Assembly: GCF_006345805.1 (NCBI RefSeq)
Contig: NC_043003.1
Coordinates: forward strand, 100,688,001-100,752,000
Source: Octopus sinensis
Taxonomy: Eukaryota
DNA: 64,000 nt
Reading direction: 5' to 3'
Made by a program: the position numbers and the translations under genes. Positions 51,431 to 64,000 of the stretch are shown here, one piece after another (within the stretch, counting starts at the first letter, position 1; each line of letters starts with the position of its first letter). The notes beneath the pieces are model-generated. The model did not search any database. It was not told the DNA's origin and worked only from the letters and a program-made list of their open reading frames with translations.

Positions 51431-54400
51431 CCTTCGAACATTCTTTCAATCAACGTACACTTCCCTCTCCACTTGTTCCCTACCTATTACTCCTTTATAC
51501 CTTCCCTTACTACTATCTATCTTTGACGGCTGTCTCTCTCTCACACACACACAGACACAAATGCAATTATACACACACACATACACACACACACACAAAC
51601 ACACGCACTCATTAACACAAGCACACACCCACACATTTCCATACATACAGCAAGCATACTGTCCCCTACCTATTATTACTTTATCCCTTTTCTTCCTCCT
51701 ACTATCCATTTTTGACATCAATTCTTCTAACGAATTTTTAAAAAAAAACACTCATTATCGCCTTGTTTACCATGTAGGCAATCATCGAAATTTTTGTTTG
51801 TCTTGTTGTCAAGAGAGACTCTCTTTCTTTCCTGATGAGAAGATTGCATAATGCACCCTTTATTCCTTCAGAATGAAAATATGCTGTCGAGAGTAAAGGA
51901 ATTTTGTTAACATCTTCGTTCGACTCCATTCTATCATTTATTGATATTCAACACACAAATTTCTACACATGAACCCGGAGTTTCTACCCTTGACAGGTCG
52001 CTTCAACCGTGTTTTCTGATGTGAATTTGCTACCCAGGTTTCGGTTAAACGAATTTTCCATGCTGACGATAAACATAGGATAATTCATTCACCTACTTAA
52101 ATATTCTTATACGGTTTCCCTGAGAACCTGCTAACTTAACCGATACCGCAAATGGAGTTGTTCGATATTAACGCCTTGCTTAAGGATATCCCTATACCAC
52201 TGAAAAAAGCCTTCCTTAAGGAAATTATTAACAAGACCAATGCATTTATCATCTGTATCAGATGGCTCGCCTTCTTCCACGATAATGAGGACCTAAAACA
52301 GACCAGTAACGACGTCTCCCTTGAATATAAAAAACTATTTAAGTCGAGGGGAACTCCTCCACCTAATCCTAGATTGAAGAAATTCGAAGATGATCTTTGG
52401 GACATCGTAAGGAATATTAAATTTCATAAATCACCCCTCAGGAATAAACACCTCAGATACCTCGATAGAGTCTCTAGAGATATAAACAGCTTAGACTCTA
52501 TCCTGGTCCAATCGGATAAAACCGGCAACATATATAAGCTTACCAAGAGCCATTATTTAGAACTGCTCAAAAGGGAGGTACATAAGAATTACAGGACCAC
52601 CAATAGGAATACTCTCAGGCAGGCCAACTTAGAAACTAAGAAGATTATGGAGACTTACGGATTACAGATGAAGACGGAACCATTCAACCCCAGACAACCC
52701 AGATTCATCTTAAAGGACCACAAACAGAACTTTCATACTAACCCAGCATTGCAGCTCATATGCCCTTCCAGTTCAGACATCGGTACCCTTACTAAATACA
52801 TATTAGATAAGTATATCCCTATATTAATTAATAAATTAAAACTTAGCTTATGGTCCAACTCTGTTCAAGTCGTAGAGTGGTTTACTTCTATTACTGATAA
52901 GGCCAACACTAAATTTATCCAATTCGATATATCTAGTTTCTATCCTTCAATCAACCCTATTATACTTAATAAGGCCCTATGGCATGCACACAATAAGACA
53001 GGCCTCTCCAGGGAGGAAATTAGTGTGATATTGACTGCTAGGAAATCTTTCATCCAGTTCGATAGCAAGTTGTGAGTCCGTAGAGATACCCCTAATGCGT
53101 TTGATGTACTAATGGGAAGTACAAACAGCGCCCAGATAGCCGATTTGGTCGGAATTTATATTCTTTAGGAAATGGCCGACCAATTCCCGGACATCTGTTG
53201 GGGTCTTTATCGCGACGATTGTCTGCTTTACCTCCAAAACGCTTCGAACCAAAAAATACTGAAGGTTAAGAACAGATTAGTTAGGTTTTTTAGTAGAATG
53301 GGCTTGCGCATAGTTTTTGACGATGAATTAACTACAGCCAACTTCTTGGATATTACCCTCAATCTGCAGAATAACTCATACTTCCCTTATCATAAACCTT
53401 CCACTAATCTTAAGTATATCAGCATTTTCAGTAATCATGCCAAGCCAATTACCGATAATTTAATTAAAAACATATCTCTGAGACTGTCCAAATTATCTGC
53501 TAATGTCGACATCTTTAACCAAAAGGCAGACTTCTATAACGCCGCCTTGTCAAGAGCCAGTTATAAGGAAAAAGTGTCATACATCAACCCAGCTCATTCT
53601 AAACCAACATCTGCTTCTCCAGATAGTAAACTTACTCGTAATAGGAATAATGATTTCAATTCTAATAGTGTCAGCACCCCTGTACATAAAACAAATTATT
53701 TACGGACTAGGGGAGGTAAGCGCCATGCAACCCCAAATTTCCAACCCAGAAATTTTCCCCTTACTATCACAAACAACACTAAGAACAATTCAAAGGCCAC
53801 AAAAAACTGTATCTGGTTTGTAATACCTTTCGGAAAACAAATTAAATCCAACCTTCCCTTACAGTTCCGTGAAGCTGTTGCTAGGAGCTTTCCCAGAAAT
53901 TCTAGATATCATTCTATTATCAATTCACACAAGGTCAGAATAGCTTTCTCTAACACTAGGAATCTTTCACAAATTATATCTTCCCATAATACCAAGCTGC
54001 TACACAAAGATTCTTCACCCGGGAGTTCCAACACTAATCTTGCCAATTCCAACCTATCATACAATCAGAATAATAGGAATAGTATTAATAGTAGCAGCAT
54101 TGGTAGCAGCGAAAGTGTTAACAATGATAATATTAATAATAGTTTAATAATAGTATTAGTCGTGTTAATAACAATGGTAGTGTTGATGGTAACAACAATA
54201 ACGGTATTATTATCGGTGGTATTACTGGCTGTAGTACAATTAATAATACTAATAATAATAGAAATAGTGTAGTTGTTAGAGCTAATAATAATAGAAACAA
54301 CAATCATAACAATAAAAACTTCGTCTTGATCTCGGAGGACAACCCTAACAGAATTAAATTTTTGTCTAGTTTAAGAATTCCATTTACCAGTGTAGAAATT

Positions 54401-55447
54401 CTTCCGGTACCGACGTTTTCTTCTATATAGGAGCGTCCACTTCTCAGTTATCCAAGACAATTTCTAACCACTATTCAACATTCAGGGATAGGAAAACACA
54501 ACATAGTACAGGGCTAAGTAAATTAGTTTGGCGTCTTAAAGACAATAATATAATTTTCAAGTTAGAGTGGTTCATATTGTCTGTATCCTTTCCTTTTGAT
54601 AAGGGCATGAGATTTTGTAACATTTGTAACTCTGAACTCTTCCATATTCTTTTCGCTAAGGTTCCCCTAGTAAACACACTCATAGAAAAATCGTACAAAT
54701 GTAAACACTGGCAGAAACACACTTACTACTCATATAAATGATAACAGTTGTCACTGTGGTTTTAACAATTAGCTTTACGTCCACCCCACTGCTATAGAGG
54801 AATTCTTTCCTAAGCCTCCAAACATTCTTTCAATCAATGTACACTTCCTCTTCCCTACCTATTACTCCTTTATATCTTCCCTTACTACTACCTATCTTTG
54901 ACGTCTGTCTCTCTCTCACACACACAATCACACACACAGACACAAATGCAGTTATACACACACAAACACACGCACTCATTAACACAAGCACACACCCACA
55001 CATTTCCATACATACAGCAAGCATACTGTCCCCTACCTATTATTACTTTATCCCTTTTCTTCCTCCTACTATCCATTTTTGACGTCAATTCTTCTAACGG
55101 ATTTTTTAAAAAAAACACTCATTATCGCCTTGTTTACCATGTAGGCAATCATCGAAATTTTGTTTATCTTGTTGTCGAGAGAGACTCTCTTTCTTTCCTG
55201 ATGAGAAGATTGCATAATGCACCCTTTATTCCTTCGGAATGAAAATATGCTGTCGAGAGTAAAGGAATTTTGTTAACATCTTCGTTCGACTCCATTCTTT
55301 CACAAATTTCTACACATGAACCCGGAGTTTCTACCCTTGACAGGTCGCTTCAACCGTGTTTTCTGACGTGAATTTGCTACCCAGGTTTCGGTTAAACAAA
55401 TTTTCCATGCTGACGATAAACATAGAATAATTCATTCACCTACTTAC
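51428..55447 (+). mobile_element. Near-complete Penelope-like element: 5' pLTR 51428-52098, RT-EN region, 3' pLTR 54813-55447
   Basis: ~650-bp direct repeats (agcct.c.aacattctttcaatcaa ... aattcattcacctactta) flank a telomerase-related RT and a C-terminal GIY-YIG. Confidence 0.92.
52152..54741 (+). pseudogene. PLE RT plus C-terminal GIY-YIG ORF, disabled by TGA (53073), TAG (53166) and frameshifts in the linker
   Basis: IRWLAFF, SDKTGNIY, IQFDISSFYPSI, FDVLMGS, GLYRDD, FLDITL, IWFVIPF; EN in another frame from 54373: NSIYQC...FFYIG...NHY...LSKLVWRLK...CNIC...KCKH stop at 54741. Motif style is Nematis-like (tentative). Confidence 0.9.
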
Positions 55448-55470
55448 ATATATATATATATATATATATA

Positions 55471-56069
55471 CGTTTAAATATTTGTTGTGCAAGATTTTTT
55501 ATGTGAAGTCGTGTGTTGAAACAGATATTGTTATATTTCGGAATGGTCATTTTGCCAGTTTAGCCAATAAAAACACACGCACTATATATTTGGTGTTATT
55601 TTGCTTCAGGGTTATTTATTTTTTACATTAATCTTAATCTTATTTCGGCCAGAGTTCTTTCGTCACACTCCTGTGACAGCATCAGTGGTCCTTTGTTTTC
55701 TTATTTGTGTCTCTCCTTACTAACCGTCAGCCATTTTGTATTTCTATTGTATGTCTTCATTTGCGCATGCTTATATCTCTATGTGCGTTTATGTTTATTT
55801 AGTGTGTGTATGTGGGGGATGCCTGTAATATTTGTATCTTCTGTTTATATATGTTCATGTAATTTGTATTTTGTTTTTGTTTATTCTTATTTTGTTCATG
55901 TGTTTACATCCACTTATTATTATCATTACATATGCTTGTATGTATAACAACAATACTAGTAATAATAATAATAAATCGAATCCCCAAAAAAATATATATA
56001 TATATCGAAAAAAAAATACATCGAAAAAAAAATTTTAATTAAAAAAAAATAGAAATAAAAAAAATATAC

Positions 56070-56112
<43 letters not shown>

Positions 56113-56749
56113 TTTATTTCTATTAGTTTATTTATCTGTGTATTTATGTTTTCAGGATCCTCTATCGTCATATGTTGTGGTGTGTGTTAGTGCTCCATTC
56201 TAGTTTTCTATTCAGGCTAGGTTTATTTTCTATTATGTGTGTAGCTTCTGTAATTTGTCTAATTGTTGCATCTAATCTATGTGTGGATAATATTTTAATT
56301 TCTATGTTATTGATTGATCCCCCGTGTTCCTGTTCGGCGTGTTGGTACAGAATCAATGAGCTTTTACCTTCCTTGAGTTGTCTCCAATTCTCATTTACCC
56401 GCTCTCCTATGCTGCTTGCCATTTCCCCTACATATGTCGTTGTCTTGTTACTGCATCGTCCCTCTATACATCTTATACTATAGACTACATTTCTGGCTTT
56501 ACAGTTTGTTTGTGGGCTAAATCTACATACAGTACAGTACTTATCCGTACAGGGGGTTCTACTAAAAGGATAGGTTCTACCAATTATAGATTTGATAGGG
56601 TTTGCCTGGCTTTTCAAACACCTTAATTCTTAGCTTAAGTTTGTCTAGGGTCCTTCTAAAGCGGTACGCCAGTTCACCTCCAGGGGAGGTGTCAATGAAC
56701 ATGACACTCTGGTATTTATGGCTATCATACCAAGAGTTGGCCATCCCTA
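55471..56749 (-). mobile_element. 5'-truncated PLE of another clade: RT C-terminus, GIY-YIG, 3' pLTR
   Basis: SVMFIDTSPGGEL...IKVFEKPG, then C..C.VC...C..RNVVYSIRC...TYVGE...HAEQEH...RQITEA...NRKLEW; 3' end matches the 34.3-34.8 kb arms; both ends in (TA)n. Confidence 0.88.
55649..55688 (-). ncRNA. Variant hammerhead motif in pLTR
   Basis: Reverse complement: CCA CTGATG-CT-GTCAC aggagt GTGAC GAAA GAAC TC TGG. Confidence 0.6.
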
Positions 56750-56975
56750 TTATATATATAATATATATACATACATACACATATATATATATAATATATG
56801 TATATATATATATATATATATAATTCATAAATGATTCATAAAGGGAGGAAAAAAATTCCTAATGCCAAATATGCCGAAAAATTGGGACATTTGTCCATTA
56901 CCATATAATTTTTTCACAATACGGCACGCACTCGAAAAAGGTCGACAGAAATTTCTAAAAATTCCATTATTACCA

Positions 56976-57028
56976 TATCGGACCAATTTCAGAGTTAGCG
57001 ACTAAGAGCCCTCTCTTCGTCAGTGATA
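56976..57028 (-). ncRNA. Hammerhead motif with extended stem II, in a PLE-like fragment (56820-57170)
   Basis: Reverse complement: TATCA CTGACGA AGAG agggctc TTAG tcg CTAA CTCT GAAA TTG GTC cGATA. Confidence 0.6.
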
Positions 57029-57294
57029 CATGTGGCAAAAGAAATAAATGAGATACTTACTCATACCCATGGAAGAAGCAAATAGTAAGTCATGGGCACA
57101 ACTAAGTACCCCAAACACATTTTTCCCTTTGCCCTCATTTATGAATTGTTTATAAATTTAACCGTTAAAGGTACTTTTTAATATGCTGGCCATTGATAAA
57201 ATTTCCTTCGAAAAAATATTTTTTTTTCGAAAAGAATTTTATCCTCACATGTGATATATATATATATATATATACCACATACATTACATACATA

Positions 57295-57334
<40 letters not shown>

Positions 57335-57352
57335 CACATACATTACAATACA

Positions 57353-57410
<58 letters not shown>

Positions 57411-57452
57411 GATATATATATATATATACATATATATATACATATATATATA

Positions 57453-57833
57453 CTAGCAGTATCGCCCGGCGTTGCTCAGGTTTGTAAGGAAATAACTATA
57501 AAGCATTTTTAGAGAGTTATAGCCAAAAATAGCAAAAAATGGAAAAAAAAATGATGGTAATTTTTTTTTTTGAGAGTAAAAAAGTTGGAGTTGCGTCCCT
57601 AGACAGTTTTTTGTTTGTGTTTCGATTCTCGACCCCATGTCGAATTTATCGATTTTTTCAGAACTGGGGGAACTTTTCAAAATTTTCGCTGCGTTAGTTT
57701 TGAATTATGACATTGGGCTATGTGTGTTCCAAGTTTCATCATAATCGTTGAAAGCCGTGGTGAGGGTAGGGTACAAGCAAACAGACACACAGAAACACGC
57801 ACACAGACAAAACTGCCGTTTTATAGAGAGAGA
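57453..57833 (-). mobile_element. Non-autonomous Helitron (381 bp)
   Basis: Minus strand starts TCTCTCT and ends gagcaacgccgggcgatactgCTAG; ~110-bp 3' end shared with the element ending at 48674. Confidence 0.88.
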
Positions 57834-59115
<1,282 letters not shown>

Positions 59116-59697
59116 CATTTAGGATGACATTTTTGGTTAGTTGTGACAGGATGGATCTGGCCAGTTTGAACACAAAACAGATAGACTTTGGGCCTGATAT
59201 GAGTGGTTTTAAATGTTAAGGGCATTAAAAGTCTTAAAAAAATTATTGTATCATTTACACATTGCAATGATCCAAGCAAATGACAGTACTCACTTACTAC
59301 TACAACTGCTGTTGCTGATGTAATAATAATAATGATAATAATAATAATAATAATAAAGTTATGGCACAAAAGACTTGTGGATTGGCAAAAAATAACGAAC
59401 ACTAACGCCACACTTTAGTCACCACCTGGTTCCTTACTCCCGATAGTACTCTTATATACCAAATCTTCCATGATGTTTTACCATCATAGGCTACTTATGC
59501 CATGCCATACCATCCACATGTTGCACCTACTAGCTGGCACTTTATATATGAACTTTCACCTCCATAACTCAGACAATACATTCAAATCCCCCACCGTATT
59601 TCTATGTAAACATAATGTGAACTACTGCCTAAATTCACCATTCTATATATGTATGCAGTATCATATGTGTATAGTGCATAAATATAAATATATATCA

Positions 59698-59748
<51 letters not shown>

Positions 59749-59750
59749 AA

Positions 59751-59798
<48 letters not shown>

Positions 59799-60206
59799 TA
59801 TATAAATATATGTTCTTAGATATATATATGTAATATATGTATGTCTATATATATACATATGTGTAAATATATGTATATGTACATATATAATATATATGTA
59901 TATAGTATGTATATATGTATGATATATATGTGATGTATTATGTATGTATATATATATATGTGTATAAGTATGTATATATATGTTGTATATAATATATATA
60001 TTGTATGTATGATTTGTATATATATATGTGTAATAAGAATGTATATATATGATATGTAATATATATAATATATATATGTATGTATGTATGTTTGTATATA
60101 TATATATGTGTATAAGTATGTATATATATGTATGTATATATATATATATATATATGTGTATGTATTTGTATATATATATGTGTATAAGTATGTATATATA
60201 TGTATG

Positions 60207-60237
<31 letters not shown>

Positions 60238-60277
60238 TTGTATATATATATATGTGATAGTATGTATATATATGATG

Positions 60278-60308
<31 letters not shown>

Positions 60309-60495
60309 TTGTATCTATTATGTGTATATGTATATCTATGTATGTATATATACTATATATATGTTGTATGTATTTGTATATATATATATATGTATGTATG
60401 GTATATATATATATATATATGTATGTATTATATATATATATATATATATGTATGTATTTGTATATTTATATATATATATATATGTATGTAGGTAG

Positions 60496-60564
<69 letters not shown>

Positions 60565-61230
60565 ATGTAGTATTATATATATATATATATATAGGTATGT
60601 ATGTATGTATATATATATATATATATATGTATGTAGTATGTATATATATATATATATGTAGTATGTATGTATTATATATCTATATATATATATAGTATGT
60701 ATGTATGTATTATATATATATAATGTATGTATGTATGTATATATATATATATATGTATGTATGTATTATATATATATATATGTATGTTATATAATATAAT
60801 ATGTATTATGTATATTATATATATATGTATGTAGTATATATATATATATGTGTATATATATATATATGTATATATATATATGTATATAATATATAGATAT
60901 AATATATATATATTATATATAGATATATGTATATATATATATTATATATGTATATATATATATGTATATATATATAATGTATATATATATATATATATAT
61001 AGTATATATATGTATATATATATATATATTATATATATGTATATATATGTATATATAGATATGTATATAATATATGTATATATATATATATATATATGTA
61101 TTATAGAATATATATGTATATATGTAATATATATAGTATATATAATATATATAGATATATGTATATATATATATATATATATATCTATATTAATATATAT
61201 ATATATATGATATATAGTATATATAGAGAT

Positions 61231-61268
<38 letters not shown>

Positions 61269-61454
61269 TATATAGGTATATATAATATATATATTATATA
61301 TAGATAGATTATATATATATGTATATATATAATATAGATATATATATATATATATAATATATGTATAATATATATATATATGTATATATATATATCTATT
61401 ATATTATATATACATATATATATATATATATTACATATATATATATAATACATA

Positions 61455-61486
<32 letters not shown>

Positions 61487-61690
61487 CATATATATACATA
61501 TATATATATATACATATATATACATATATATACATATATATATACATATATATATATACATATATATACATATATATACATATATAATTAATCAATATAG
61601 GGTGGTGAAAAAATTTTGTTAGAATTCTTTTGCCACCAGCGGCCTAGTGGGAAAAATTAATAGTCGTAGACCATTTTTAAGTTCACATCA

Positions 61691-61832
61691 ACAATCAAGG
61701 AACGGCCATAATAGGCCATTCACCCACTAGAAATAACAGCCAAAGCTTCAACCGCAAATCTTTATTTGCGGTTGAAGCTTTGGGCTGTATTTCTAGTGGG
61801 TGAATGGCCTATTATGGCCGTTCCTTGATTGT
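61691..61832. repeat. ~70-bp-arm palindrome with 4-nt loop
   Basis: acaatcaaggaacggcc...ccgcaaat cttt atttgcgg...ggccgttccttgattgt. Confidence 0.9.
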
Positions 61833-61833
61833 G

Positions 61834-61864
<31 letters not shown>

Positions 61865-62639
61865 CATATATTATACATATATATATACATATATATACAT
61901 ATATATAACATATATATATATACAATATATATATATATATATATATACATTAATATATATATATATATATATATACATATATTATATATATACATATATA
62001 TATATTACATATATATATATATAACATATATATATATATACATACTATATATATATATATATATACATACATACATACATATATATATATATATACATAC
62101 ATACATACATATATAGATATATATATATATATATAATACAAATACATATATATATATATATATATATAATAAGTACAAATACATATATATATATATATAT
62201 ATAAATAAGTACAAATACATATATATATATATATATAAATAAGTACAAATACATTATATTATATATAATATATATATAAATAAGTACAAATATATATATA
62301 TATATATATACAAATACATACATATATATATATATATAAATACATACATACATATATATATATATATTACAAATACATACATACATATATTATATATAAT
62401 ATATCATACATACTATATACATACTTATACACATAATATATATACATACATATAATACATATATATATATACATACATATATATACACTACTTAGACACA
62501 TATATATATACATACATATATACATATATATATATATACATATATATATATACATACTTATACACATATATATTATATACATACATATATACATATATAT
62601 ATATATACATACATATATACATATATAATATATACATAC

Positions 62640-62672
<33 letters not shown>

Positions 62673-62776
62673 CATACATATATACATATATATATATATG
62701 TACATATACATATATTTACAACATATGTATATTATAGACATACATATATTACATATATAATCTATATACATATATT

Positions 62777-62879
<103 letters not shown>

Positions 62880-63229
62880 TATATATACATGCATACATAT
62901 ATAAGAATGGTGAATTTAGGCAGTAGTTCACATTATGTTTACATAGAAATACGGTGGTGGATTTGAATGTATTGTCTGAGTTATGGAGGTGAAAGTTCAT
63001 ATATAAAGTGCCAGCTAGTAGGTGCAACATTGTGGATGGTATGGCATGGCATAAGTAGCCTATGATGGTAAACCCATCATGGGAAGATTTGGTATATAAG
63101 AGTACTATCGGGAGTAAGGAACCAGGTGGTGACTAAAGTGTGGCGTTAGTGTTCGTTATTTTTTTGCCAATCCACAAGTCTCTGAATTCCTTTGTGTAGT
63201 GGGGTGGGGGTCATGGTCAGTCCTACAAC

Positions 63230-63645
63230 CTAATTGGTCAGCTACTTTTTTGAAAACCATGACATGGTTCTGGTTTGTTGATGGTTAACAGCTAAGACAA
63301 AAACAAAATTTCTTGATGCATTCTGATACTGTCTCCAAAGACCCAACAATAGTTGGCACTATCTTCACCTTCTTCATTTACCATAGCTGAGCTATTTTGT
63401 ACTTAAGAGGGTTGTATTTATCTATTTTTTCACCTTCCTTCTTGAATATTGATGGGTCAGAGGGGCACACAAAATCAACTATATAGCACATGTGGTGCAT
63501 CTTGTCTACCACCACAAGGTCTGGTCTATTATGCTCTAGCACCTGATCTGTTTGGATTGGGAAATCCCAGGGGATTTTGCAAATCTCTGACTCTGCCACT
63601 CTCTGCAGTTTGTGCTCATACCAATATCCAATGTAACACTTTTGT
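63230..63645 (-). mobile_element. 5'-truncated R4/Dong LINE 3' fragment (restriction-like endonuclease)
   Basis: WDFPIQTDQVLEHNRPDLVVVDK...YIVDFVCPSD...KEGEKIDKY (PD...D...K RLE); starts right after a (TAA)n run. Confidence 0.88.
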
Positions 63646-64000
63646 TGCCATAACTTTATTATTATTATTATTATTATCATTATTATTATTATCATCAGCA
63701 ACAGCAGTTGTAGTAGTAAGTGAGTACTGTCATTTGCTTGGATCATTGCAATGTGTAAATGATACAAATATTTTTAAGACTTTTTAATGCCCTTTAACAT
63801 TTAAACCACTCATATCAGGCCCAAATAGTCTATCTGTTTTGTGTTCAAACTGGCCAGATCCATCCTGTCACAACTAACCAAAAATGTCATCCTAAAATTA
63901 ATCTCATCCAGTGCTAATGCCATATAAAAAACACAGTCCACTCTGTAAAGTGGACAGCTTTAAGAAGAGCATAAAATCATGAAAGCCATGCTGAAACAGG

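Noticed and set aside
53073-53075. In-frame TGA in the PLE RT as selenocysteine recoding (known in some Naiad PLEs)
   Set aside because: It aligns to a position I recall as conserved Trp (W-V-K/R), a TAG follows at 53166, the domain order is C-terminal EN rather than Naiad-type, and no SECIS was identified.

Overview
Repeat-saturated, AT-rich animal DNA, most likely an octopus (inferred from the tRNA-head SINE family, RTE tails and huge (TA)n arrays). I could not confidently identify any host-gene exon; almost all coding sequence is transposon-derived. Main contents: (1) a near-intact RTE LINE on the minus strand (10869-22247) whose reverse transcriptase carries an embedded C4HC3 PHD finger and whose 5' end abuts about 3.5 near-identical ~612-bp monomers; (2) a full-length Tx1-clade L1 (16377-21645, 16-bp TSD) inserted in one monomer, at the position where the array itself terminates; (3) many Penelope-like element (PLE) pieces, including a near-complete pLTR-RT-GIY-YIG-pLTR copy (51428-55447), an RT-deleted derivative and zero-spacer inverted pLTR pairs, several carrying minimal type I hammerhead ribozyme motifs with self-complementary stem III and non-canonical cores; (4) mariners, Helitrons, R4/Dong LINE relics and SINEs; (5) multi-kb (TA)n tracts and an inverted duplication at 59.1-63.9 kb that may be an assembly artefact. 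Most ORFs in the supplied track are translations of microsatellites or of antisense TE strands. Clade assignments come from recalled motifs, not database searches.
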